From an uncultured Gemmatimonadaceae bacterium (lineage in GTDB: Bacteria; Gemmatimonadota; Gemmatimonadetes; Gemmatimonadales; Gemmatimonadaceae): a stretch of 64,000 bases of DNA. The stretch is from assembly GCA_963790305.1 (NCBI GenBank), contig CAWBOC010000007.1, positions 1 through 64,000 of the forward strand, in the 5' to 3' direction. Each line of letters begins with the position of its first letter. The stretch's first letter is position 1. Of this stretch, positions 8,013 to 18,218 are shown piece by piece. Both the position numbers and the translations under genes were made by a program. The notes below the pieces were generated by a model, which did no database searches, was not told the origin of the DNA, and saw nothing but the letters and a program-made list of their open reading frames with translations.

Positions 8013-10121
8013 ATGCCCGCCGTCGGTACGAACGTCCCCCGCAAGGACTCCGCCGAGAAGGTCAACGGCACCGCGAGGTACGTCGACGACCTCGTCTTCC
8101 CCGGCATGCTCCACGCGCGCACCATCCGCTCCACGATCGCGCGCGGACGCATCCGCGACGTGCGCCTCGAGTTCGATCGCGCCGGGTTTACGATCCTCGA
8201 CCACCGCGACGTCACCGGGCGCAACGTCGTCGCGCTGATCGAGGACGACCAGCCACTGCTCGCCGAGCGAGAGATTCGGCACGTGGCCGAGCCGATTCTG
8301 CTGCTGGCTCATGAGGACCTCGACACGCTTCGGCGCGCGCGCGTCGATATCGACTACGAGCCGCTGGACCCTGTGTTCGATCCGGTCCGCTCGAGGCACG
8401 TCCTCAAGGACCTGCGCATCGTCAAAGGCGATGTCGACGCTGGCCTCGCGGGGGCGGACGTGGTGGTCGAAGGTGAATACCGAACCGGCCACCAGGAGCA
8501 GCTCTACATCGAGCCCAACGGAGTGATCGCCGTTCCCGAACAGGGCGGCGTCACGGTGTACGGATCGCTGCAGTGTCCGTTCTACGTACACAAGGCACTT
8601 CGCATCGCGTTAGGCGTGCCTGACGACCGGGTTCGCGTGGTGCAGACCGAGACCGGCGGTGGATTCGGCGGCAAGGAGGAATATCCCTCGGTCATTGCGG
8701 CGCATGCGGCGCTGCTCGCGCTCAAGGCGAAGCGCCCGGTGAAGCTGATCTTCGACCGGCTCGAGGACATGCTCGCCACGACCAAGCGCCACCCGTCGAT
8801 CGTTCGACATCGCACCGGCGTGACACGGGACGGCCGCCTCGTCGCCATGGATATTGACGTATTGATGGACGGCGGCGCCTACGTGACGCTCAGCCCCGTC
8901 GTGCTCTCGCGGGGTGCCATCCATGCCGCCGGCCCGTACCGCTGCGATCACGTTCGCATCGAGGCGCGCGCCGTCGGCACCAACACGCCGCCAAACGGAG
9001 CTTTTCGCGGATTCGGCGCACCGCAAACGCAGTTCGCCGTCGAAGTGCACATGGAGCGCATCGCCGAAGCGCTTTCGATGGACCCGGCGCAACTCCGTGA
9101 GATGAACGCGCTACGGCCGGGCGACACGACCGCAACCGGCCAACGCGTCGAGGCCGACTGCTCGGCGCTTCAAGTGCTGCGGCAGGCCGTGGAGCGTTCC
9201 GACTTCCACGCGAAGCGACAGCGCTACGCGGGCACGAACCGTGGAATCGGCCTCTCGCTCTTTTTCCATGGAGCGGGATTCACCGGCAGCGGCGAAGTGA
9301 AGCTTGCCTCTCGTGCCGCGTTGACCACGACCGAGCGGGGCGTTCGCATTCTCGTGGGAAGTGCCGAGATCGGCCAGGGAACGCGGACGATGCACGCGCA
9401 GATCGTCGCCGATTCGCTGGGCGTCCCCTACGAGGATGTCGAGACGGGGCTCCCGGACACGGCGAGCGTGCCCGACAGCGGGCCAACGGTGGCGTCACGC
9501 ACCTGCATGGTCGTAGGCGGCATCCTCCAGCGTTGCGCGCAGGAGCTGCGCGAACGGATCGGCGACATGCATCCGGCCGAGCATCACAGCAAACACGGGC
9601 CGACGGTGGTGACGAAGCAGTACGAGCCGCCCCATGGCATCAAGTGGGATGACGACAGCTACCGCGGAGATGCGTACGCGACGTACGCCTGGGCGTGCGA
9701 CGTCGCGGAGGTCGAGATGGATCCCGACACGTACGAGATCCGCCCGATTCACTTCACGGCGGTTCAGGACATCGGAAAGGCGATCCATCCAACCCTGGTC
9801 GCCGGCCAGATCGAGGGAGGAACGGCGCAGGGCATTGGCTACGCCCTCCTCGAGGAAGTCGTGATGCGCGACGGCGCGATGGCCAACGCGCAGATGACGA
9901 ACTACCTCGTGCCCACGACACTCGATACCCCGACCATGGACATCGTCATCGTCGAGACGCCGAGCCATCACGGGCCCTTCGGCGCAAAGGGCGTTGGTGA
10001 GATGCCCATCGACGGGCCCGCGCCGGCGATCGTCAACGCGATTCGTCACCTGGGCCTCGACATCCGGGAGATCCCGGCGACACCCGAGCGCATCGCGGAG
10101 GCGGCGTGCGTCTCCGTGTGA
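8013..10121 (+). CDS. Xanthine dehydrogenase family molybdopterin-binding subunit
   Basis: GGGFGGKEE, AFRGFGAPQ, EIGQG, GPTVASR, GQIEGG, GAKGVGE; heads a purine catabolism operon. Confidence 0.92.
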   Translation: MPAVGTNVPRKDSAEKVNGTARYVDDLVFPGMLHARTIRSTIARGRIRDVRLEFDRAGFTILDHRDVTGRNVVALIEDDQPLLAEREIRHVAEPILLLAHEDLDTLRRARVDIDYEPLDPVFDPVRSRHVLKDLRIVKGDVDAGLAGADVVVEGEYRTGHQEQLYIEPNGVIAVPEQGGVTVYGSLQCPFYVHKALRIALGVPDDRVRVVQTETGGGFGGKEEYPSVIAAHAALLALKAKRPVKLIFDRLEDMLATTKRHPSIVRHRTGVTRDGRLVAMDIDVLMDGGAYVTLSPVVLSRGAIHAAGPYRCDHVRIEARAVGTNTPPNGAFRGFGAPQTQFAVEVHMERIAEALSMDPAQLREMNALRPGDTTATGQRVEADCSALQVLRQAVERSDFHAKRQRYAGTNRGIGLSLFFHGAGFTGSGEVKLASRAALTTTERGVRILVGSAEIGQGTRTMHAQIVADSLGVPYEDVETGLPDTASVPDSGPTVASRTCMVVGGILQRCAQELRERIGDMHPAEHHSKHGPTVVTKQYEPPHGIKWDDDSYRGDAYATYAWACDVAEVEMDPDTYEIRPIHFTAVQDIGKAIHPTLVAGQIEGGTAQGIGYALLEEVVMRDGAMANAQMTNYLVPTTLDTPTMDIVIVETPSHHGPFGAKGVGEMPIDGPAPAIVNAIRHLGLDIREIPATPERIAEAACVSV

Positions 10122-10528
10122 ACGGGCGCGACATGGAGGTCGACGCGCCGCCAATGGCCCGTCTGCTCGATGTGCTCCGCGTGCAATGCGAGCTTCCAGG
10201 GACGAAAGAGGGGTGTGGCGAAGGAGAATGCGGCGCATGCACGGTGCTCCTGGACGGCGAGCCGGTGTGCTCGTGTCTCGTGCCCGTCGCCCACGCCGAC
10301 GCCGTGGAGATCACCACGATCGAGGGGCTCGGCGGCGACCATCCGCTGCAACACGCCTTCGCCGAGCACGGCGCTGCGCAGTGCGGCATCTGCACGCCAG
10401 GGATGATCATGGCCGCACTCGCGCTGCCATCGTCTCCCACGCTCGACGATGTCCGTTTCGCGCTCGCTGGTAACATCTGCCGCTGCACCGGCTATCACGC
10501 CATCTACCGCGCAATTCTGCGCGCATGA
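10106..10528 (+). CDS. Xanthine dehydrogenase family 2Fe-2S subunit
   Basis: GTKEGCGEGECGACTV, CSCL, QCGICTPG, GNICRCTGY. Confidence 0.95.
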   Translation: MRLRVNGRDMEVDAPPMARLLDVLRVQCELPGTKEGCGEGECGACTVLLDGEPVCSCLVPVAHADAVEITTIEGLGGDHPLQHAFAEHGAAQCGICTPGMIMAALALPSSPTLDDVRFALAGNICRCTGYHAIYRAILRA

Positions 10529-11349
10529 GGACCGCCGCCGACTCGCTCGATCTCGTGCGGCCCAAATCGGTCGACCAGGCGCTGCGCTCGATGGCGGACG
10601 ATCCCTCACTTCTCCCAATCGCTGGATGTACCGACGTGTTCGTCGGGCTCAACGCCGGTACCCTTCCCGTCACGAGATTTCTCGATCTCTGGCCCCTCGA
10701 GGAGTTGCGCGAAATCGGTATCCGGGATGGAGCGATCTCGATCGGCGCTCTCGCGACGCACGCAATGATTCAGGAATCGGGAGCCGTGACGGGTCGGGTC
10801 CCCATCCTCGCTGCTGCCTGTCGTGAGATCGGCGGAATTCAGATTCAGAATCGGGGGACGCTCGGCGGCAACGTCGCGAACGGATCGCCGGCGGGCGACA
10901 CGCTGCCGGTGCTCGCCGTCGCCGACGCGGTCGTCGTCCTTCGCAGCTCCGCCGCCGAGCGACGCGTACCCTTCAACTCGTTCTTCACCGGCTATCGACG
11001 GACCGTACGCCGGCCCGAGGAGCTGATCGTCGCCTTCGAGCTTCCGCCTCTCGTCGACGTCCAGTGGTTTCGAAAGGTCGGCACGCGCGCGGCGCAGGCG
11101 ATCTCCAAGGTCGTCATGGCGGTGGTCGGCGGTGAACGACCTCGCATTGCCGTGGGAAGTGTCGGGCCGACCGTCATTCGATGCACGAAGGCGGAGGCCG
11201 CCCTCGCTGGAGGCGCAACGTTCGAGGAAGCGTCGCACATCCTGGAGACGGAGGTGCAGCCGATCGATGACATCCGATCGACCGCGAGCTACCGGCGACG
11301 CGTGTGTGGCAACCTGCTGCGTCGCTTCGGCGCGGACACCGGCCGGTGA
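10525..11349 (+). CDS. Xanthine dehydrogenase family FAD-binding subunit
   Basis: IAGCTD, QIQNRGTLGGNVANGSPAGD, PIDDIRSTASYR. Confidence 0.93.
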   Translation: MRTAADSLDLVRPKSVDQALRSMADDPSLLPIAGCTDVFVGLNAGTLPVTRFLDLWPLEELREIGIRDGAISIGALATHAMIQESGAVTGRVPILAAACREIGGIQIQNRGTLGGNVANGSPAGDTLPVLAVADAVVVLRSSAAERRVPFNSFFTGYRRTVRRPEELIVAFELPPLVDVQWFRKVGTRAAQAISKVVMAVVGGERPRIAVGSVGPTVIRCTKAEAALAGGATFEEASHILETEVQPIDDIRSTASYRRRVCGNLLRRFGADTGR

Positions 11350-12707
11350 GCGCGCTCGTCGTGCGCGGAGAGCGGGTGCTGATCGATGGCGCGCTTCGCC
11401 CGGCCGCGATTCAGATTCAAGACGGACGCATCGTTGCGATTGGTGACCCGAACAATGTCGGGTCGGGACTTCCGGTGCACGACGCGGGTACCGACGTCGT
11501 AATGGCGGGGCTCGTCGACACGCACGTCCATGTCAACGAGCCGGGCCGCGCCGAGTGGGAAGGATTCGAGACGGCGACCCGGGCCGCGGCTGCGGGAGGA
11601 GTGACCACGATACTCGACATGCCGCTCAACAGCATTCCCGCGACGACCACCGTCGACGCGCTCGAGCAGAAGCGCGCCATTGCGCGCAGCCGTTGTCACG
11701 TGGACGTCGGCTTCATCGGGGGGGTCGTTCCCGGAAACGTCGACGATCTCGCCCCGCTCGCCGAAGCGGGAGTCCTCGCCTTCAAGTGCTTCCTCATCGA
11801 CTCCGGTGTGAAGGAGTTCCCACACGTCGGCGAAATGCAGCTCCGGGAGTCGATGCCCATACTCGCCTCGTTAGGGCGCGTTCTCATGGCGCATGCGGAG
11901 CTCCCTGCCCCAATTGCGCGCGCGGTGGCCGAGCTGGATCCGTCGGCCGATCCGCGTTGCCATGCGACGTGGCTCCGGACGCGACCGCCGGAAGCGGAGG
12001 AGCAGGCAATCACGCTGCTCATCGCCCTGGCGCGCGAGACCGCTGCTCACGTCCACGTGGTCCACGTCGCCGCGCTGGGGGCGATCCCCATTCTCCGCCG
12101 AGCTCGCGCGGAGGGCCTTTCGCTCTCGGCCGAGACGTGTCCACACTATCTCGTGTTCACCGCCGAATCGATCCCCGATGGGGCAACGCGCTTCAAGTGT
12201 GCACCGCCCATTCGCGAGCGCGTGCACCGCGACGCGCTCTGGGCCGCGCTGCGCAGCGGCGACCTCGATATGATCGCATCGGACCATTCGCCCTGCCCCC
12301 CGTCGCTCAAGCTTCCCGCGGAGGGCGACTGCCTGCGCGCGTGGGGCGGCATTGCGTCTCTCCAGCTTTCGCTGGCCGCGGTCTGGTCGAGCGCGCCAGC
12401 TCATGGCGCGACGGTCACCGACATCGCGCGTTGGATGAGCGAGCGGCCGGCGCGGCTCGTGGGGCTCGACGCACGCAAGGGTGTCATCGCGCCGGGACGT
12501 GACGCCGATCTCGTCGTCTGGGATCCCGACGAGGAGCTCACCGTTCAAGCCAATGCGCTCCAGCACCGCCACAAGGTGACTCCATACGAAGGCATGCGCC
12601 TGCGAGGCGTCGTCCATGAAACGTGGCTGCGCGGTGAGCGCGTGTACAATCGCGGCCATTTCGTCCATGAGCCGCGCGGGCAGCTCCTGAGCGCGAACGC
12701 CGCGTGA
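11346..12707 (+). CDS. allB: Allantoinase
   Basis: DTHVHVNEPG..WEGF, GGVTT..DMPLNS.P, ETCPHYL, FKCAPPIR, SDHSPCP; operon context. Confidence 0.93.
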   Translation: MSALVVRGERVLIDGALRPAAIQIQDGRIVAIGDPNNVGSGLPVHDAGTDVVMAGLVDTHVHVNEPGRAEWEGFETATRAAAAGGVTTILDMPLNSIPATTTVDALEQKRAIARSRCHVDVGFIGGVVPGNVDDLAPLAEAGVLAFKCFLIDSGVKEFPHVGEMQLRESMPILASLGRVLMAHAELPAPIARAVAELDPSADPRCHATWLRTRPPEAEEQAITLLIALARETAAHVHVVHVAALGAIPILRRARAEGLSLSAETCPHYLVFTAESIPDGATRFKCAPPIRERVHRDALWAALRSGDLDMIASDHSPCPPSLKLPAEGDCLRAWGGIASLQLSLAAVWSSAPAHGATVTDIARWMSERPARLVGLDARKGVIAPGRDADLVVWDPDEELTVQANALQHRHKVTPYEGMRLRGVVHETWLRGERVYNRGHFVHEPRGQLLSANAA

Positions 12708-13708
12708 CGGATTTCATGGAGCTGGCGGATCTCGCCGCCGAGCGGTTAGGCGGTGCCGCGGTGCTGGCGAACGATGAGTTCTTCGCGCCGAAGGAGCATC
12801 TGCTCCGCGCATCGCCGGCGGAGTGGCGCGAGGGTGTGTACACGGAGCGCGGGAAGTGGATGGACGGGTGGGAAACGCGTCGGCGCCGCTCTCCCGGACA
12901 CGACTGGTGCATCGTGCGGCTCGGGCTGCGCGGGGTCGTGCGGGGAATCGTCGTCGACACGAGCTTCTTCCGGGGGAACTATCCGGAGCAATGCTCGCTC
13001 GATGGGTGTAGCGTCCAGGGGACGCCGCCGGCCGAGACGCTCGCGAGCAATACCCAGTGGCGCGAGATCGTTGCCATGACCCCCCTTCAGGGCGATTCGC
13101 GCAACCCGATCGAGGTGAACCACGACGCCCCGCTGACGCACGTGCGCCTCAACATCTTCCCTGATGGCGGAGTGGCACGCCTGCGTGTGCACGGCGAGGT
13201 GGTGCCCGACTGGTCGGCGCTCATTCGCATGGGTGACGTCGACCTCGCGGCGATGGAGAACGGCGGGTGGGTGGTGGTGTGTAGCGACATGTTCTTCGGT
13301 CATCGACAGAACCTCATCCTCCCAGGGCGGTCGACGCACATGGGAGATGGATGGGAAACACGCCGTCGCCGCGGCCCGGGAAACGACTGGACGATCGTCA
13401 GGCTCGGCCGACCCGGATCGGTGCGCCGGATCGAGATCGATACCGACCACTTCAAGGGAAACGCCCCCGGTGCGTGCGCGATGTCGTGGTGTCAGGCGCC
13501 GGATGCGAGCGCCGAGGCGCTCGCCGCATTGGCGGTCGTCGAATGGCGCGCGCTGCTCCCACGGACGGACCTCCAGCCACATACGAGGCATCGGTTCGAG
13601 CGGGAGCTTCATGCAGCCGAGGGGGCAACGCACGTTCGTCTCGACATTTATCCGGATGGCGGCGTCGCGCGTCTGCGCGTGTTTGGTCGGCCCGCGGAGG
13701 GTGCATGA
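12704..13708 (+). CDS. alc: Allantoicase
   Basis: Duplicated DGWETRRRR and PDGGVARLRV motifs; NDEFFAP. Confidence 0.95.
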   Translation: MTDFMELADLAAERLGGAAVLANDEFFAPKEHLLRASPAEWREGVYTERGKWMDGWETRRRRSPGHDWCIVRLGLRGVVRGIVVDTSFFRGNYPEQCSLDGCSVQGTPPAETLASNTQWREIVAMTPLQGDSRNPIEVNHDAPLTHVRLNIFPDGGVARLRVHGEVVPDWSALIRMGDVDLAAMENGGWVVVCSDMFFGHRQNLILPGRSTHMGDGWETRRRRGPGNDWTIVRLGRPGSVRRIEIDTDHFKGNAPGACAMSWCQAPDASAEALAALAVVEWRALLPRTDLQPHTRHRFERELHAAEGATHVRLDIYPDGGVARLRVFGRPAEGA

Positions 13709-14211
13709 CGTTGACACTCGAGCAGCTCAACCTCCTGCACGAGCTACAGGCGGAGCGCCGGCTGCTGGCCTGTTGCGGGTCGAGGGCGTGGGCTCGCGGG
13801 GTCGCCGCGGGGCGGCCGTACTACAACTTCGCAGAGCTCCTCGCCACATCGGACCGCGTGTGGTCCCAGCTTACGCCTGACGACTGGCGTGAGGCATACG
13901 CGCGTCATCCGCGGATCGGGGACAGCGCCGCGTCGGCACGGAACACCGCTGAGCACTGGTCGGAGCGGGAGCAGGCCCGCGCGCGCTCCGGCAGTGCCGC
14001 GACACTTGCCGAGCTCGCCGAGCTCAACGCCGACTACGAGGATCGGTTCGGGTACGTGTTCTTGATTTGTGCGACGGGGAAAACGGCCGACCAGATTCTC
14101 GACATCGCGCGTGCGCGACTGAACAACGATCCTGACACCGAGCTCCGCATCGCGGCGGAGGAACAGCGGCTCATCACCCACCTTCGCTTGCGAAAGCTCC
14201 TCGACATATGA
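13705..14211 (+). CDS. uraD: OHCU decarboxylase
   Basis: CCGS.AW, HPRIG, N.DYE.RFGYVFLICATG, EQ..IT.LRL. Confidence 0.93.
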   Translation: MTLTLEQLNLLHELQAERRLLACCGSRAWARGVAAGRPYYNFAELLATSDRVWSQLTPDDWREAYARHPRIGDSAASARNTAEHWSEREQARARSGSAATLAELAELNADYEDRFGYVFLICATGKTADQILDIARARLNNDPDTELRIAAEEQRLITHLRLRKLLDI

Positions 14212-14546
14212 GCGCCATCACCACTCACGTGCTCGACGTCTCGCGCGGGCGACCAGCAGCTGGCATCGCAGTCGTGCTGGAGCGGGTCACCGCGCCCCAA
14301 CCCGGCACGCTAGCCCGCGCGAGCACCGATGCCGATGGACGCGTCAAGTCGTTCACACCAGCGCCAGCGCTTCAGGCCGGTACCTATCGCCTGACCTTCG
14401 AAGTCGGTCCCTATTTCGCCGCCGCCCGCGTGGATGCGTTCTACCCGCGTGTCGTGGTCGACTTCGAGGTGCGCGACCCCACGCACCACTATCACGTTCC
14501 CCTTCTGCTCAGCCCGTTCGGGTACTCCACCTACCGCGGGAGCTGA
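14208..14546 (+). CDS. uraH: 5-hydroxyisourate hydrolase
   Basis: ITTHVLD..RGRPA, HYHVPLLLSPFGYSTYRGS. Confidence 0.96.
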   Translation: MSAITTHVLDVSRGRPAAGIAVVLERVTAPQPGTLARASTDADGRVKSFTPAPALQAGTYRLTFEVGPYFAAARVDAFYPRVVVDFEVRDPTHHYHVPLLLSPFGYSTYRGS

Positions 14547-14548
14547 CC

Positions 14549-15397
14549 GTGACACGCCTCGGCGACAACAGCTACGGGAAATCGCGCGTGCGGCTCGTGA
14601 AGGTGAGCCGGCGTGACGGACGCCACGAGCTGCGCGATCTCACGGTGTCCATCCGGCTGGAGGGGGAGTTCGAGGAAGCCCACGTCCGCGGCGACAATCG
14701 CGACGTCCTCCCGACCGACACGATGAAGAACACCGTCTACGCGCTCGCGCGGCAGATCGAGATCGATGCCATCGAGGACTTCGCGCGCGCGCTCGCCACG
14801 CACTTTCTGCCAGATAATCCCGTCGTCAATCGGGCGAGAGTGACCGTTCGCGAGCAGGCGTGGCATCGCATACCCGTGGGAGGGCGCGCGCACCCACATG
14901 CCTTCGTGCGTGGATCGGACGAGGTGGATGTCGCAACAGTGACCGCGGAAGGCGAGGGCGTTCGTGTCGAAAGCGGCATCGATGAGCTGCGCGTGCTCAA
15001 GACCACCGGCTCGGGATTCGAGGGATTCCCTCGGGATCGCTACACGACGCTTCGTGAAACGTCGGACCGCGTGCTCGCCACCGCGATGCGGGTGCGGTGG
15101 ACGTACGGCCTCAGCGAGATCTCCCATAGCGAGATTCGCACGCGCGCGAGAGAGATCATGCTGGCGACGTTCGCCGATCACGACAGCCGGAGCGTACAGC
15201 ACACGGCATACGCGATGGGAGAGGCTGTGCTGGAGCGGTGCCCGGAGATCGACGCCGTCGCCTTCTCAATGCCTAACAAGCATCACCTCCTCGTCGACCT
15301 CGCGCCGTTCGGAATGGACAATCCGAACGAGATCTTCGTCGCGACGGACGAGCCGTACGGGCTCATCGAGGCGATTGTGAGACGCTGGAGGCGCTAG
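14549..15397 (+). CDS. pucL: Cofactor-independent urate oxidase (uricase)
   Basis: YGKSRV, PTDTMKNTVY, LKTTGSGF..F.RD.YTTL, SVQHT, PNKHH. Confidence 0.95.
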   Translation: MTRLGDNSYGKSRVRLVKVSRRDGRHELRDLTVSIRLEGEFEEAHVRGDNRDVLPTDTMKNTVYALARQIEIDAIEDFARALATHFLPDNPVVNRARVTVREQAWHRIPVGGRAHPHAFVRGSDEVDVATVTAEGEGVRVESGIDELRVLKTTGSGFEGFPRDRYTTLRETSDRVLATAMRVRWTYGLSEISHSEIRTRAREIMLATFADHDSRSVQHTAYAMGEAVLERCPEIDAVAFSMPNKHHLLVDLAPFGMDNPNEIFVATDEPYGLIEAIVRRWRR

Positions 15398-15480
15398 GGG
15401 CGCTAGGGGCGCTAAGGGCGCTAGGGGCGCTGGGAGGCAGTTCAGCGCTCTTAGCGCCCTTAGCGCTCTTAGCGCTCCAG
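15383..15480. repeat. Tandem-inverted array of GGCGCTARR 9-mers between convergent genes
   Basis: Five GGCGCTAGG-type units followed by four TTAGCGCYC-type units; contains the stop codons of both flanking genes. Confidence 0.9.
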
Positions 15481-16738
15481 GATCTTCTTGAACGGGCGAC
15501 CATCGAGGAGCTTCCTCGCCAATGCCCGTCTGCGAAGCGATAGTCGCCTTGTCCCCCGCCCCGCACGCAATGGCTCGAAGCAGGAAGTTGAGTAGCGCCT
15601 GGCCGGTGGCGACGTCGTCGGCAATGTCGCGAGGTGCGTCTCCCTTGGCGGCGTCGAGAAATGTCGCGAGGCGACGTGACGCCGCCTCGAGCCCGCCGAG
15701 ATAGAACGCGTACAGCGCCGCGTACCGGCTCACGAGCTGCGCGGGGTGAAGGTCCCACCCGGAGTAGATGCCGAGCTTCAGCGCGTGCTTCACATCGCCG
15801 TGGTGAAGCCGCCACGCTTCGTGAACGCGCTCGACCGGCTCGACGGGAAGAATCGCCGTCGACCCATCGCTCACCCGCACGCCCGTTCCGGCGAGCGCCA
15901 CCTGCATGACGAGTCGTGCGTGCTCACATGCGGGATGTCTTTGCCGTTGCTGCGACGCGGTGATGCCGAGCGCAGCCGTGTAGTCGTACGTGCCGAGCGA
16001 GGCGGCGACGAGCCGCCCCCGAGCGGCATCGACATAGCTCGGAAGCGGACACCGACCATCCCAATCCATGATGGCACGCGGGGCCTCGACCATGATCTCC
16101 ATGCGAAGCGCGCCCTCATCGATCCCGAGTCGCTGCTCCATGGCCTCGAGGTGATTCGCGAAATACGCGACCTGTTCGGCGACGGTCACCTTTGCCAACG
16201 TCACGATGAAGCCCCCGGGCAGCGCGCCTCCACTGCCCCCCAGGACGCTCTGCACGAAGAGATCAGTCGTTTGCAGCGAGCGCGCAGCGAGCTCTCGCGT
16301 CAGCGGCTTGACGCGTATCCCGAATGTCGGCGACAGACTCCCCGCCCTCATCGCGGCGACCGTCGCGTCGGCGCATCGCAGAACCTCGGAGTCTTCCACC
16401 GCATCCGGATACGTGCCGTATCCGTCCTCGAAGTCGATCCGATAATCCTCAACGGGCTCGGTCTCGAGCTTCTGCTTCACTCGCCGGTGCACCTCGTCGG
16501 CGAACGCGCGCTCCCGCCCGCTGAACATCATGGCGCGAGCGATCGCATCTCCGTCGGGCGCAAAGCGCGCCAGCGCGTCGAGCGCGCGACTTCGGATCGA
16601 TGAAAACGCATCGGTGCGAAAGTGCTGCGCGCCTTCGATGAACGACTGGACCGGCTGACGTTCCGGGCGTTCGCCGGGATGACGTCTCACGTGCTCATCG
16701 TTCGCCGCCTCGAGGGAACGGCGGTCGGGCGAGGTCAC
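15469..16738 (-). CDS. HpcH/HpaI aldolase / citrate-lyase-beta / malate-synthase-like protein; +1 frameshift near 15512
   Basis: EPVEDYRIDFEDGYG, EIMVE, GTYDYTA, SDGST, GWDLHPAQL; removing one base gives a C-terminus EELLDGRPFKKILER*; GTG overlaps the upstream TGA. Confidence 0.75.
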
Positions 16739-18147
16739 GCGCGCGTTCGGCGGGGGCGCGACTCGGGCGCGAGCGCACGTCGAACGGCGCGCGTCAGGCT
16801 CATCTCCAACCCGCGGTCGCCGCGGGCTCGGTGGGTGCGCCGCCAATCAACGAGGTGCATCACCGCCTTCGCCATCACCGCGTGGCCTCCCGCACTGCCA
16901 TAACGGTCGAACGCATCGCGAAGCCGATCCCCGAGCTTCGCCGCAGGCCAGAGCGCACGCGCACTCATCACGATGCGATCGTGAAAGACGCCGGAGACGA
17001 TCGCGATGCTCGCGCCCTCCATCCCCAGACAGAACTCGGCGAGCTGAGCGACAATGTGCTCCTGATCCTCGGGCAGCCGGCCGAGGTGGACGTGCGCGAG
17101 CCCGCCCGAGACGTGCGCATGCTGGAGTGCCAGCCCAAAGCGCCGCAGCGTCGCCGCCGAATAGGAGGGATGCTGGATGCGTCCCAGCAAGGAATGGTCT
17201 GCGCGCGGGAACAGATACGCGAACATCTCGAGATCGTCGTCGCTCGCCGAACGGGAGAGCGACTTCGTGTCGGTGATGATGCCGTACAAGAGTGCCGTCG
17301 CCAGCTCCCGTGTGAGCGGCTCATCCCCGTCGGCGAGGAGATACTCGGCGGCGATCGTCGCGCTCGCTCCGTACCAGGGGCGCACATCCTTGAAGCGGGC
17401 GCGAAAGGCGCCGGAAGGCGGATGGTGGTCGATGACTGCCGCGACATCCACGACATGGCCGTCGAAATAGGGAGGCTGCACGTCGACCAGGATGAGGTTC
17501 TCGAACTTCTCGAGCGATCGGGTCGAGACATGGTCGATACGAATGCCGAGCTCGTCGATGAGCCGCCGGTTCTCTGGACGCGTCACGCGACCGCAGGTGA
17601 TGATCGGCGCCTGCGCCGCGCCGGGGCCGAGCACGGTGCGAAGAGCGAGCGCTGACGCGATCGCATCGGGATCGGGATCGTGCTGGAGTAGAAACGCGCA
17701 CGACCGTGCGCCGCGGAGGGCGCGCCGAAAACGCTCGGCCTTGCGCCGCGCGATGACTCGCTCGAGCACATTTTCGACCGCATCGGCAAGCAGCTCGCCC
17801 TCATCGATCCAGGCAATGCCCCCGCGCACCCCCGTGCGGCGTCGGCCCCGCACGCGGTCGATGACCAGCACCGGTGCCTTGGGCAGTTGGCGATGCACCG
17901 CGCCCGCCACGCGCTTGGCCTGATCCTCGTCGCCGAGATCGACGACGACCGTCACGTCGCGCGCGCGGACGGCGTCGTAGGTCGACGGCACGGTTGGATC
18001 CCCGCGCACCCCCACGCACCAGCGTGGCGCTGACGCACCGTTGGTGAGCCAGAGGTGCACACGACGCCCCGCCAGCGCGCTCCGCCGCAGCGCGAGGAAG
18101 CGCGCGGGCTGGTCTGAGATGAGAAGAACGGGACCACGAACCGGCAT
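16735..18147 (-). CDS. DHH-family phosphoesterase with degenerate N-terminal RCK/TrkA-like region
   Basis: HDPDPDAIASA, LVD, VIDHH, LYGIITDT, SAGGH. Confidence 0.85.
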   Translation of the reverse strand: MPVRGPVLLISDQPARFLALRRSALAGRRVHLWLTNGASAPRWCVGVRGDPTVPSTYDAVRARDVTVVVDLGDEDQAKRVAGAVHRQLPKAPVLVIDRVRGRRRTGVRGGIAWIDEGELLADAVENVLERVIARRKAERFRRALRGARSCAFLLQHDPDPDAIASALALRTVLGPGAAQAPIITCGRVTRPENRRLIDELGIRIDHVSTRSLEKFENLILVDVQPPYFDGHVVDVAAVIDHHPPSGAFRARFKDVRPWYGASATIAAEYLLADGDEPLTRELATALLYGIITDTKSLSRSASDDDLEMFAYLFPRADHSLLGRIQHPSYSAATLRRFGLALQHAHVSGGLAHVHLGRLPEDQEHIVAQLAEFCLGMEGASIAIVSGVFHDRIVMSARALWPAAKLGDRLRDAFDRYGSAGGHAVMAKAVMHLVDWRRTHRARGDRGLEMSLTRAVRRALAPESRPRRTRA

Positions 18148-18218
18148 GCGGGCGCCTTGCCGAGAGAAACGGTGAGACCTAGCTTGGCCGCCGACCCAAT
18201 CTACCGAGGAAGATCAGC

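Noticed and set aside
15266..16846. Aldolase-like ORF with a ALRALRAL/APLAPLAP tail overlapping uricase
   Set aside because: The tail is translation of the 9-mer repeat after a frameshift; the natural stop is at 15469.
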